The notes beneath the pieces were generated by a model that was not told the DNA's origin, ran no database searches, and saw only the letters and a list, made by a program, of their open reading frames with translations. Of a DNA stretch of 64,000 bases, positions 45,401-57,881 are shown one piece after another; the first letter of the stretch is position 1; each line of letters starts with the position of its first letter. The translations under genes and the position numbers were made by a program. The DNA is taken from the NCBI RefSeq assembly GCF_008831285.2, contig NC_045138.2, forward strand, positions 35,526,001 to 35,590,000. Reading direction: 5' to 3'. Source of the stretch: Nymphaea colorata (Eukaryota).

Positions 45401-48373
45401 TGAAGGCAGTCTGGCACTCAAGGAGCTCTTACAGGCGTGGGTTTGTCCATTGGCTACCCTAAAGAAACAAAGGAACCATCTACTGGACTTGTGGTTATCT
45501 CAGCTACACCTGGTGGACCTGCAAATAGAGCAGGTATTCTGCCTGGAGATATTATTCTAGCAATTGATAATAAAAGCACCACCAGCATGGGATTATATGA
45601 TGCGGCTGATCACCTTCAGTAAGTTTTCAATTAACTATACACATTTGGTTCTCATAGCTGGATTCACACTGCAAACTTGCAGTTACAGCAAGGAGTTCAT
45701 CTTTAACATCTTGTATGTCTTTTAACAATTAGTATCCCTTCAGTATAAAGGGAAATTCTTCTAATCTGTTCTCCGATCAATTGATGAGGAATACATTCGT
45801 GTCAAATTTCCTTGGACGTTTGTGATTTCGTCCTGTTTGTTGGGTTATGTGATGATGATTGATGATGATACTTCAAACTTGTTGATATACTTCTTGTTTG
45901 CTTATAAGTGTTGCTTAATGTTTCCTGGACGACTCTTTCTATGAAGACTGAAGACGGAAACTACAGAAATTATGCATATTTGAACCTCTGAATGATGGTA
46001 GTTATGAAATTTCTATGGGTTACATCTGGCCAAAGCAATGCATGTAAAGAGCTACTGAAAATTCTTTTGACATGCAAGACAAAAAATTTAACTCTTTGCT
46101 GTTCAATGCTATAATACCAGGGGCAATTTTGATCATTATTAGCACATGTTTTTTCCAACCCATTTGGGTTTCCTCTTTTCCTGACTGATGTCTTAAATGT
46201 TTAGAGGGCCAGAGGGAAGTCTAGTGGAATTAACAATTCGTAGTAGTCCATCTGAAGAAAAGAATATATCACTTAAGTAAGTCCCACTACCATCATTTTC
46301 TATATTTCGTGCTTCGTGCTAACACTATATTGGTTTGTGCTCTGAACAACAATCACGTACTTTTTCTGTTCTGAAGGCGAGAGAAGGTTAAGTTTAGCCC
46401 AGTAACGTCAAGGATGTGTGAAGTTTCAAGTTTGGGAAAGGAGCGCAAGAAAATTGGATATATCAAGCTTACATCATTTAACCAAAATGCCTCCGGTAAG
46501 CAAGTAGGTTGGCAGCTGCCAGTTCTGATTGAGTGAGTGGTGCATTTTTCTCCTGTTTATAAAATGTTAAATGCATGAATCTGCAAGTGCATGGGATTAT
46601 TTATTTTTTTGAGAAGTTTGAAATAAAATTTTCTTATTTTCTTTGTTTGTTCATTGAGTTGGATGTTTGGCTTGCAGGAGCTGTGAAGGACGCTATTGAA
46701 AGTTTGAGAAAAAATAACGTAGATGCCTTTGTCCTTGACCTTCGAAATAATAGGTGAATGGAAATATATTAAGTGCAGTTGTTTGTCTCTGTGTAAGTTC
46801 TGGTCTTACGTCATGTTCAAATTTCATGCAGTGGTGGTCTATTCCCTGAAGGAATTGAGGTTGCAAAGATCTGGTACGCCACTTAAAAAGTACACTTGTG
46901 TACCGACTTTTTTCATGGTTTAGCTTTCATAAATATGCCGGTGTATGCTAAAGCCCATTTCCTTTGCCCTTCCAGTTCCAACAACCCCACTCAGCAGAAC
47001 GATCACACCCCTACCCCCATATGCCAGAAAAAAGGAAAAAGAAAAGGGACAAGAGTCTTCCTTCCCGATGTTATCTGTACCTGTTCCAACATATTCATCC
47101 CTGTGTTACACCTAGTCGTTCTTTTGTAGACGTGGTTAGATTTGGCGACACAATCTGTCTTTTTTACAATAAATGGTAGAGATTTCCTTTGAAAGTCCGA
47201 AGGGAGTAACTTAGCTGGGATTTAATACTGGCAATTTTCAGACAAGATAAACCTATTTTGCTGCCAATGGAATCACGGTTAGCTGAGAAGTGAAAATGAT
47301 GGTTCATGTGCAAATGTTAGAGATAAATTCATCAGTGACAATTAGGAAGGATGAGTTTGTAAATTGCGCGTTAGCTAGAAACAAATCGGAGAAGCCTCCC
47401 ACAAGAAAGAAAGTTATGCTTATCCATACACTTGTTGCACATGTTGCATGCTTTCAGACTCCAAAATAATATCACGTCTCCTTGAGACATTTATGCCTGC
47501 AAAAGCCTTCTTTCGATACATTCTTCTCTTTCCTGACATTTTGCCCTACTTCGCTGTTTTCTTTATAACGTGCTTCTAAAAGGTTTTTTGTTGTGTCGTT
47601 TTCTTTTAGGATGCAAAAAGGTGTCATTGTCTATATCTGTGATAGCCGAGGTGTGAGGGACATGTACGAAGCTGATGCAAACAATGCGATAGCAACATCA
47701 GAGCCCTTAGCGGTGTTGGTAAAGCATTTCCAAACTCATATAACGAATGTGTGTGTATGCACATGTGCAAAGAAATTTTTCTCTTACTGTCTTCGCTTGT
47801 TCAGGTGAACAGAGGAACTGCAAGTGCGAGTGAGATACTTGCTGGAGCCCTAAAGGACAACAACCGTGCAGTATTGTACGGAGAACCGACGTTTGGGAAG
47901 GGGTATGTTCCTCTCTTTCATATATGTTAATAGCCTACCCTTAATGCATCAACCAACTGAAAAGTCCTTTAGTCCATACTTGACACATGAGAGTTAGACC
48001 TCAGGATCCAGCTCCTTGAAATGCTGAGCCCTGATCAATTTGCTAAGTTTGGTTACTGAGTATGTATGCTTTACAGAAAAATCCAATCAGTCTTCGAACT
48101 ATCTGATGGATCTGGGTTGGCTGTTACTGTTGCTCGTTACGAGACCCCTTCTCATATTGATATTGACAAGGTTCGTTGCCGCTATTCACTAAAAGCCCTC
48201 TATTTTGGGTTCCTAGTAAGATGTAATGGTTTCTCCTTTTTTTTAAGGTTGGCGTGATCCCCGATCACCCCCTCCCAGCAACGTTTCCTCTGGACGAAGA
48301 CCAAGTGTGCAGCTGCATCGACGCCACCACTTCCTCTTGCAGCCTTGACAGAGCCAAGTTGTTCTCCAAGTGA
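42435..48373 (+). CDS. CTPA: Chloroplast thylakoid-lumen C-terminal processing peptidase (D1 processing protease, peptidase S41), ~544 aa. Exons: 42435-42536 (least certain), 43898-44252, 44562-44711, 45155-45237, 45410-45618, 46205-46276, 46377-46495, 46678-46753, 46832-46873, 47610-47718, 47805-47902, 48077-48170, 48248-48373
   Basis: [69 protein letters not shown], catalytic [13 protein letters not shown] and TFGKGKIQ. A hydrophobic lumen-targeting-like stretch precedes ..SYA|VTEEN. Confidence 0.95.
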
Positions 48374-48864
48374 CTCGACCTCTTGAATCCTCCTCTTCTC
48401 GTCCTGTTCTTGGGTTTCATCAACAGAGGCACACTAGCCACCTTCATTTTCTGACCGTCTCCACAGCACCCGATTTAGTATATATTTCATATTTTGTGGA
48501 AATATTTTGGTTTCCATTCCATTCTTTTGTGGAAATATGTTTGTTTCCGAGGAACCATACTCGGGGTAATACTTGGTTGTGCTGGTTTAATCTGCCCACA
48601 CCTGTAATTGTCTCTCCCACAATTGTGACCAATATATTTCACCTGATATGAGCTATTTTTACTCGGTCATTGCTTTTACAAATGAAAGTTACAGGATCAA
48701 CATGACTTGTTCTGGAATTCAGAAGCACAAAATATTTGCTGGTTCTGTTCCATCACGCTTTTTAAGTTGCTCCATTAGAACGCCGCTCCCCTGCGCCCGC
48801 ACACACACACCCACACACGGAGTTCCTTACACTTCCAAGTGTCCACATGAATTGGCCGAGATGC

Positions 48865-50810
48865 TTACGTGAATGTCAAGTGGTGGATGCTGACAGGGGC
48901 ACAGATGCTCAGGGGTCCGTCGGCCCACATCCACTCCGCGAGGAGCGAGTTTGTTGCTGCAGTTGGGTTGTATAAGTCCCACCAAACTCGTGTTTCGCGG
49001 TCGCTGCACACCGTCCCATCTCTCCTGCACCCCAGCCTGCCTCCATACGGCCCCACCCCACAGCACGCGTTTTTGACGTTCGAGAATCCTGAAACACAAA
49101 CAGCGATGATGATGAGCATTGAGAAACGCGGCAGAAAGTTTGGCATCGACAGTGCTTGGACTATCAAAACCAAGGTCCGGAACGTGAACGAAGTCACGAT
49201 CCGGTGCTCCTTATATTTAAGTTCGTGACGGTGTTCTGGTAAGCAAATGCAGTCACCTACCGAACCTTCGGGGCTCGCGAATGATGTTCATGATGCCTTG
49301 GTAGACATCGCAGAAAAGAATCTTCGATCCAGGCAGCTCGTCCTGCAACTTGGCGATCTCTGATGAAAGCAGCACGTTGAACTCGAGGACCTGTTTGTTC
49401 ACGTCGTCAACACAGGCTCCTTCCATGAGGCTGCTGCTGATACCACCCGAAGAATTGTAGCGCTCCCACAGAAGCCTCGGGGTGCAACCAAGTGGCGGGA
49501 TCCCCGCACATATAATCTTCCTTACATCTGCGCCATACAGATCCTACAACAATGGCGTCCATTTTTCGTGCTTGTTAGAAGAGTTGAGTATCAGAATTGC
49601 TGCTCTGCTAGAACCCGGGCCTGAGCCTACATCGCTCCGAATTTCATACGTGAGAGAGAGATTACCTTGATGACGCGGGACATCTGACGGACGAGAAAGC
49701 GGGCGAAGGCCGTGCTTGCGAATTTTCGCTGCACGCCAGAGACGTTGGGCAGAAAGAGGCGGAGGTAGTCGTTGGCGCCGGCGGAGATGTAGAAGAGCGA
49801 CCGCGAGGCCAGCTCCCTTGCGCGATCCTGCCCGTAGCTTATCTGCAGCAGCTGCATCGCCTCCAACGCCTGGCGCAGCTGCGTGTTCACTCCCTGGAGA
49901 CTAAACCTCTCAGAGTACAGCAGCCCCGCCGTCAACGACCCGAAGTTCAGGCCGCTGATGACGCCCTCGGTTGTCCTGTTCATGCCGTAAAAAGGCGGTA
50001 CACGTGGCAACCCGAGCTTCTCGGCTGCATTACAAACAAAAAAAAATACATAAACAGGGCATGGTGATGTACTTAAGACGCGAGGCGGAGGTGCAGTCTC
50101 CGTGGGGCATATATGCCCACGGAACCTACGTTTGTTAAAATTGAAATTATGATTAACTTGTGTCCAATATAATAAAAATAGCCCTACGAGATCAGGGTTA
50201 TTAATTGAAAATTTGTCAAAAATGTGTTAACCGTGTAGTTATTGGTATAGTTAGTGTTCCACGAAAATTTTCTTTTGGTTTCGCCCCTGCTATTGTGGTA
50301 ATTTCAACCGGAATGGCCGGAGCGGCGACCCTCTGAATCCTTGCTTCAAGGGGCGGCGCAGGGAAATGGGACAAGAGAAATCCATTATGCGGAAAATTAT
50401 TCTTTCAAACAAGACAGGTTTTCTCGGTGATGGCCGGATAGGATATTCGCAATGATGATCTCACGGCACGTACAGTTCAATCTTTATAAAGACTCTGTTC
50501 GCTTTTCTAATTCGACCATATGATGAAAATCGATCCACAGAAAAGAAGACGACGACTACTTACAGAGGATATCCGGGACGAGCGGCGTGTCAGCATTCGC
50601 ACAAAGGGAGGAGGTGGCGTTGGTCTGTAGGAACGGCAAGAGGAAGACGTTATCCCCGCAATTCACGGACGAGTCCCCGATGATGAAGAGGCCGGTGACC
50701 GCCGAACCGCTGGCGACGGGGTACACGTCGAGGAAGGAGACTGCAAGGAAGAAGAGAAGGGAGGTTGGAATTCTTGATTGCGGTGAAAGGTTTTCTTGGC
50801 ACGCGGACAT
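48865..50810 (-). CDS. GDSL esterase/lipase-like protein, 370 aa, block V His absent. Exons: 50564-50810, 49666-50024, 49261-49543, 48865-49088
   Basis: Signal-peptide-like N-terminus; block I LFIIGDSSVNCGDN; block II GLNFGS; block III SLFYISAGANDY; GIPPLGCTP; NACCG; block V region WWDLYNPT. Confidence 0.93.
50081..50289. mobile_element. MITE-like element in GDSL intron 1
   Basis: Ends CGAGGCGGAG and TTCGCCCCTG, internal hairpin TCCGTGGGGCATATATGCCCACGGA (50099-50123) and an AT-rich core. A similar right end GGCTCCGTCCCTG occurs at ~41117-41129. Confidence 0.55.
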
Positions 50811-53405
50811 TTCTTTCTCCGGGAAATACTCCCGCTGCCCACGCTTCGGCCAGTTTAAAACTCTTTTATCAGGTGTTCTGCCCTTTGTTACATGTAAAAA
50901 TTCTCCCCAAGAAAGACGTCTTCTTTTTCCCAATTGACAAAGAGATCCCCAGATTGCCCTGCCCCATGGTGTGTTCATTCCGGTGCTTCACATGCTCTGC
51001 TACAAACACCTGTGTATGTGTTGACCCGAGTCATAGATGATAGAGCTAAGGAAGCTCCTCCTCGTAAGGCCGAGCTGTTCTCATTTCCGATCGTGCAATG
51101 ATCTCTAAGGCGACTAAGATCGTGTGAAGATCCCTGTCAAGTGTCCACAGAGTAATCAGATGACATGTAGAGAAAAATATGTCCCGCTAAAATGGATGCA
51201 TCTTACCTTTGCTTGCAAGAACTAGAGGTGAAAATAATACAGAATTAGGATGAGAATGGAAATGAAAATGGGCACTTCAGATCCAGGGAACGAAAATGCA
51301 GGAGTGTGGGGGCAGGAATGAGGTTCAAAGGGATCGAGAAGAGAGAGAAACTCTTCGTTCTGAGGGTTACTAGGCGGATGCGATGAGCCAGGTACGAGTC
51401 TGGATTCGTCTTCCATATCTCTCTTTCGAGTTTTGGAACGATGGATGCCTTGCTGGATTAGTGGGGGCTCGTTATGCTACTGCAGCCTAATATGCACATT
51501 TTTCTAAATTATTCAAAGAGCCTAATATGCAGCATTTTCAGGATGACATGAGAAATCATTACGCTTTTTTTCTTCCGATTTGCCACATTCCTGCAGACTC
51601 AAAGGGCCGCCATGGATGTTGGGGAAGCAGTTGGTGCAACGACCTTCTCTAGCAATGGTGGAGACAGAAGGTCAGTCGGGGCCATTTCCTCCACCATTCC
51701 AACACATCTGAATAGATGCACGTTTACCATTGCCCTGTTACGGTGAGATGCTCTTTCCCTTGCCTACCAAAAACATGTGTTAAATCATCCACAACAGACC
51801 AACAGGCACCCAATGCAGGATCATAGCTTCCTTAGGGATGTGTGCCGGGAAACTTTCTGGAGGGATGTTGGGGAGCTTACCTAAGCGCCGAGGAGTAAGA
51901 AGCAACACGAAAGCAGATTTGAAATGACAAGAGATACCATTCAAGCCTTCTTATTAAAGACGGAATTTTTTTTCTTCTGTCGTCAAGAAAAGTGTCTCAC
52001 TCAACAAAAAGACAGCAGGAGAGAACATTCGTTCCGAAATTTTGAACACAAAATTTTGTTGTTCATATCAAGGAACATTCTTGAGGAGAACACTTCAAAA
52101 TTAAACTCTTACACGATTCCTTCGAAAATTTGAGCGGTCGCATAGTGCTACAGGAGATCCTCGGAATGGGTTAAGAAACATCACAACTAATCTTGTTTCA
52201 CGACTAATCTCAATAACTTGACATATTATTTCATACATTGTTACTAGTCATCTGAGATGGGTGAGGCAAGCCGTTCTCTTTCAAGACGTTTCCACTCTCA
52301 CCCTGTTTGGTTGGAGGGAAAGGGATAAAGAAGCAGATTTGTCAATAAGCGTTGTAGTTTCGAACTTAAAGTGACTTTTCAAGGTTTTAAGAACAATCAA
52401 CTATATTTTTCTATCAAAATGGATGTTGGATCCTCTAGTCTAAATGTATCATTGCCAGATATGTCTTCCAAAATTGGTGGCCATGACACTCGTGAAGACA
52501 CCATCAATCATACGGCCGTTTGTTACTTGCAGAGGGCAAGCATCAAACTGTGATTTAAGTTTTCATCTCACAAGTCACAAGTACCAGAAGCACTCAAGAA
52601 CAGTTAGCCATCTTACTGCTTTCATTGAAGGTTTTCTACAAATAGCAGGTTCCAAGACAGGCAATCTTCAAATAACTAGCATCAATATAAACTTAGCCCC
52701 TTACTCACTGCTGCGCCACTCGCAGGTCTATACTAATAAACAGCCTTGACTCGCCAGTGGCAATGTGAACATTAAGGACCTGCATGCTTCCAAGTCAAGT
52801 GATCAATCTCTCATATCCTCACTACATTTCACATAGACCATCCAAAATCCAATCTCGTGCGATGCCACTAACAGAGCCCACAGCAAAGCAACCAGCAACA
52901 CCGACACCGAGAACGACACTGCAAGCTTCCAAATCAAGATAACAGATTTACCAGGGCTAGAAGATATCAATACAAAAAATCATAACTAACAGAAGAATAT
53001 TAGAAGAAATTTATGAACTTCTAATCAATAGGTAAAATCATCTAGAATATATAAGATATCTATAGGCAAGAACCGAGAACAGCGAGAACAGGTAGATGTC
53101 AGCAGCAGTAGCAGACCTGGATGCTGAATCACGAAAAAATTACTAGAACTGTGAGATATATACTTGTATCAAATCACTAACCTTATAGCCATTGTCCTTC
53201 TATACAGCCGCATTACTCTTTTGCTTTTGGTGGTGGAGAGAAGAAGAAGAAGAAGGGGCACATACAACCAAAGCTAATGGCTTTACATCCGAGACTGTCC
53301 AATGGATTCCTGTTATAGCACATGGAAGTGCCCATTTTCATTTTGGACATACTGCTTATACAACCATATTATAGCCAACTTCATAGTCGTGGACATAGAA
53401 TCACT

Positions 53406-54647
53406 TCATTGGCATTCTTGGAAACCATCCTCTGCAGATCCCTCCTCCCAATCCTGGCCACCTGCATTACTATTGGCTGCCTGTTCCATTTCCCGTTGGA
53501 CTGATTCTCGTCTTAGTCTTTCTGTTTCCAACGATTCGCGATGCCCTTCGTCCAGCATTTCCATAAACTTATCCTTTATCTCGTGCAAAGGATCCTTGTC
53601 GATCAATTCACTGTTCTTATATGCTTCCCTCAGCACAGCAGTCTTGATACCTTCCTTGAGCGACATGTAGAAAATTCCCGAGTGCCTAGTAAAGATATTA
53701 GGAAAGGCATTGGAAAATCTGTACTCTTCACAGAATTTCCCCAAGATTGGAACCGGAACCCTTCGCAGCAGTGAAAGAGAAAGAAGTTCATGGAACACAC
53801 CAACCGTCCTCTTCTCCATCTCTGGTGAAGCTTGATCCAAATGGGTAGCATCAGAATAAGGGGATATATAAGGAAGCTCCATCCAATCCCTCACCCATTC
53901 TCGCATCTCCTTCTTAAGAAAGAACCCTGGAGGGAGATGTACATTGAAAGCCGGCCTCATTCGAATGCCCGTAAGCCGGGATTCCTCCTCCGCCCTTAAT
54001 TCGATCACAGACTTGGCAAACTCCGGCCTCCAAGAAACCAGCTCCAGAAACGATTTCCCTTCGCCCGGACAACCTACCAATCTGAACAACTCAGGGTACT
54101 TGGGGATCAAACTGCACAAGAAATCGTCCGGGAATCCGAATTCCCTCTTGACATGAACCAGCTTATCGGCACTGACCACTTTGTGCTTCGACATCATTAA
54201 TAATTTGCTCAATTTCGCGACAACGAGCGGTTCGTTCTCCGCTCTGATCCTTTTCTCGTCGTCGATAAACTGACGAAGACGGGGGCCAACTCTGAGAAAG
54301 GGGACGAGCTCAGATTTAGGCTTTATTCGATCTGGGTAGATCTCGAATAGCCCAGGGTAGCGGTTGAGGAAGGTTTTCACTTTAACGGTGAGCCGCAACC
54401 TTTCTCTTCTCTTCTCCAAGTACTTTATGGGGATTACCTGGCCAGGTTCGTTGAGCACCTCCTTGACGACTCTGGAGCAGAGGCGCCATCTCTTATCTTT
54501 CTCAATGGCCTCGTCTATATGGGTGTCCTTGCGCCACACGACCTTGAGGCTGGAAATGAGACGGCATTGATTGAAGCCAGAAGGGTTCGAGAGAGAGATC
54601 CTTCGGAAGCTCGAAAGTTCGGATTTCACTATTGGCGGCAACGGCAT
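53406..54647 (-). CDS. PORR (plant organelle RNA recognition) domain protein, WTF1/RPD1 family; CDS intronless, 413 aa from ATG 54647
   Basis: Long ORF with SSLKVVWRKD, FLNRYPGLF, KLLMMS, EFGFPDDF, LELVSW, ELPYISPY, EMEKRTVGVFHELLSL, RHSGIFYMS and TAVLREAY. The ORF-track start at 54692 is TTG; the first ATG is at 54647. Confidence 0.93.
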   Translation of the reverse strand: MPLPPIVKSELSSFRRISLSNPSGFNQCRLISSLKVVWRKDTHIDEAIEKDKRWRLCSRVVKEVLNEPGQVIPIKYLEKRRERLRLTVKVKTFLNRYPGLFEIYPDRIKPKSELVPFLRVGPRLRQFIDDEKRIRAENEPLVVAKLSKLLMMSKHKVVSADKLVHVKREFGFPDDFLCSLIPKYPELFRLVGCPGEGKSFLELVSWRPEFAKSVIELRAEEESRLTGIRMRPAFNVHLPPGFFLKKEMREWVRDWMELPYISPYSDATHLDQASPEMEKRTVGVFHELLSLSLLRRVPVPILGKFCEEYRFSNAFPNIFTRHSGIFYMSLKEGIKTAVLREAYKNSELIDKDPLHEIKDKFMEMLDEGHRESLETERLRRESVQREMEQAANSNAGGQDWEEGSAEDGFQECQ

Positions 54648-54937
54648 CTCGCATTTCAGAAATATGGGGCGACCGGAGAAATGGCAAATCAATATGCTTT
54701 GCTCAAGATGGAAGACGAAAGGATAGTTTGACCCGAAGCCTGTTGAAGATCAGGAGGCAGTGACAGATCAAGAAGATCCCAAAAGTGGACTGTAGAAAAG
54801 AGAATAACGAAATTTAACGAAGATGGCAGCAGAATTGTCAATTGTAGCTCAAGAAAGGAGTGCCCAAGGCGGCCGAATTGGAAATGGGTTAAACTAGAGA
54901 AGGTGGTATTCTGGACGCAGGGTTCTCCGTCTTCTTA

Positions 54938-54946
54938 AAACCCTAA
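54938..54946. promoter_or_regulatory. Telo-box AAACCCTAA upstream of the PORR gene
   Basis: Exact motif ~290 bp upstream of the ATG. Confidence 0.5.
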
Positions 54947-57881
54947 CCAAAATCTGTCTGAGCTTCGCCCAATCGGCAAAAATTAATACTCACAGTTACA
55001 AGAGAGCTCGCGTTCTTCCCTTAAAATTCCGCCTCGCTCTTTTCGATTCATAATCTTAAGATTAGATTTCCTGCTGGAGCTTCGTGTATTATTTTCAAAA
55101 GCGTTCGAGCAACGGATCGTTCTCCTGACTGTCAAGTCCGGTTGGTTCTCCAATCGATCATACAGATCGGTGCTATCTGATCGAATTTTAATGTAAAAGC
55201 ATTGAACATCGAGGTCCCAAAGGGCTTCAACCGAACTCAGGATTTATATTTTCTGAGATCAAATTTTAAGTACGACTAGCTCTTAAAACCGGATAATTGC
55301 ATTCCCTCAAGCTTGAAATGCAATGGGGTTTCACATCCATTTCGTAATCAAATTTAGATTTAAAGTTGTAAAATTCATGCCCTCTCTGAATAAATATCTG
55401 ATTACCAAGGTGTTGTAATTTTTTCTACCGCACCCTGACCAATATTGTTAAATGCGATGACCTCTTATCACGAGGCGAGCCATAGGCCCCAAGGTGTAAA
55501 AGCATAAGCTTCATGATCAAAATTATGAAATATAAATATCCACAAAAAATATGACAAAAACTTAAAAGCTCTTATTGCAGAATTACTAATATTACCCAAA
55601 AAAAATTGTGAGCAACTTGCAATTTAAACTTGTTCTTCACTATGTTTGCTGACCAATCATTCATTAAAAACAACAGAAAGAAGTTGCCAACATGCGTACT
55701 TTCAATTGTATAAAACTTCAAGTTACAGTTTAAAAAAAAACAGTCACAATAACAGAATATCTATGTATAAATTCAGACATCGATGCTTCTTAAACTAACA
55801 AATATTAGATATCTAAATTTTTTATTATGATCTATAAGATCACTAGGAAAGTAAAAATGCAACAGAAAACTGTACGCTAAAGCAAGGATCACTAGTAAAC
55901 CATAAATTGTCGACTCCTTTACTTGAGCCCTATTCTCATATGCCATTTAGAGGTCTTATATAATCTAATTAACACTTTTTACCACATGTGAGAACGATTC
56001 ATAAATTGTTTAAAATGCGACACATTGAACCTAGTCTGTTGCATATGTGACAGACAATAGGCAAAGAAAAATATGTCTTAAATCTACAGGCACCAACGAA
56101 TTGGGCTAACACAAAGAGTTAGAGAGAGAAAGGACCCCAATCAAATGTTTAAATAGGACAAACAATATCATCATAAGCTTCAGGAGGGAGAGAATGTAGA
56201 CAGAGATCAAAGTGAGGACCCCAAATCAAATATTTCGACCAGAGCACTACTCTCTCATGTTAAATTGCTTTTAAACGGTCTGTTTCTTATTTCCTCATTA
56301 AAACAAGCTGATCTTTTATTAAGACTTTCAAGATATATTTTATATAAATTAAAATGTTTGGTTTTTTGGGTAAATTCATTAAAACTTATAATTAATTAAT
56401 TTACGTTTTAAGTTCTCATCAGTGAAGAAGGGGAGGAGAGAGAGAGAAAGGGTAGCTATCCTTATTTTGTAAAGTTATTTACAAGCTATTATTATTATAA
56501 ATGTCCAAAAGACCTTAGTAAGAAAGCTGGTTCTGATCAAGATTGCCCTTGCTTTTACTTTTATAATATTTATTATTTATAATATAGGTGTTAAAACATG
56601 TTAAATTTCCGCAGCCCAATAAAACAAAAACAGGAGGAGTAGCCCAAGATAAAGAAGGAAGGCACAGCTCGCCACCGATCGACTGAGACGACCCCAGGGG
56701 GACTCAACTCAGTTTAACGAATTCATGGTTTTAACCCGTATTTTTATTTTTATTTTTTAAATAAGAACCGTATAGATAGTCCATAAAATTAATTCCGTTA
56801 AACTAGAAAACAAAATGTTTTAGCTAAAAAGGAGGAGGAAGAGTAATAATAGATGGAAGATAATATGGAAAAAAATTTTACACTACCTTTTGAAGCCAAT
56901 AAAAGTTTACTTTTAAGTATGTACAATACAGTTCTCATGAAAAGCTAACTACATCACAAAAACGGTTTGTTTTTAAGTAAAATGTCGGCCTAAACATGTA
57001 TTTGAGCCGAACCGACCGGGCCTTACGGGAACACTACCAGATTCGAAGTCTTGGTTTGCGAAGGATGGTGCGTTGCCGATTCTCGCCGTCCTACGCCGAC
57101 ATCCCTTGCCAGCGAAGTCAAGTACCAAAAGAAGGAAGAAGGAAGGGGGAAACTCTCCAATAACGTGTTTTCCCGGGAAAATTCACGAGTCAAAGAAATT
57201 TTTATCTCCACTTTAGGTAGAAGCGATCAAAGGTCTTCGGTCAGGCCTGCATATGCCTCTCCGCTGTTTCGTTCATCTTCTTCCCTTGGTGATCTTGGGA
57301 AGGTTCACTTGCGTGGAAGAAATCTTGCTCAAGCATTTGTGAGTGAAATTGGTTTTTGATTTCGGAGTCTTGGGTGCAAGTGATACATCCAATACATTAG
57401 TAAGATTTTATCTGCAATTGTTCGATTTGGTTTTAGTATTTTTTTTCCTTCTTTTGATTGTCTTTTTGCTTATGTTCGTGTCGGCTTTTTGGGTAAAAGT
57501 TCACCATCAGAAGTCGGAACGCCCCTCAGAATTTGGTTAGTTTTTTCCGGGAATAGTTGGAGTTGGATCGTGGGAATTGGGCAGTGAATGAAGTTCAATG
57601 CTGATCGTTATATGAGCTGTAGTGGAGATTGAACCGGGGTGGGATCTAGGTTTTGGACGGAAACTGAAGGGGCCTTTCATGAAAATAATGAGAGGACCTT
57701 CTAATTTATCTGAAGAGATTTATAAGTTGTTCTGTGGTTATTGTGGAATTTGCCAATGGTTACACATGGAATTCCTATGTTCTCATGAGAAAGAATGGCT
57801 TGCTTTCTCCTTTTTCAGGTGCAACCGGTGAGCGGATATTGCAGTTCAGAAGTGATTGAGTGCCCCTGCTGGTCCTGTGCC

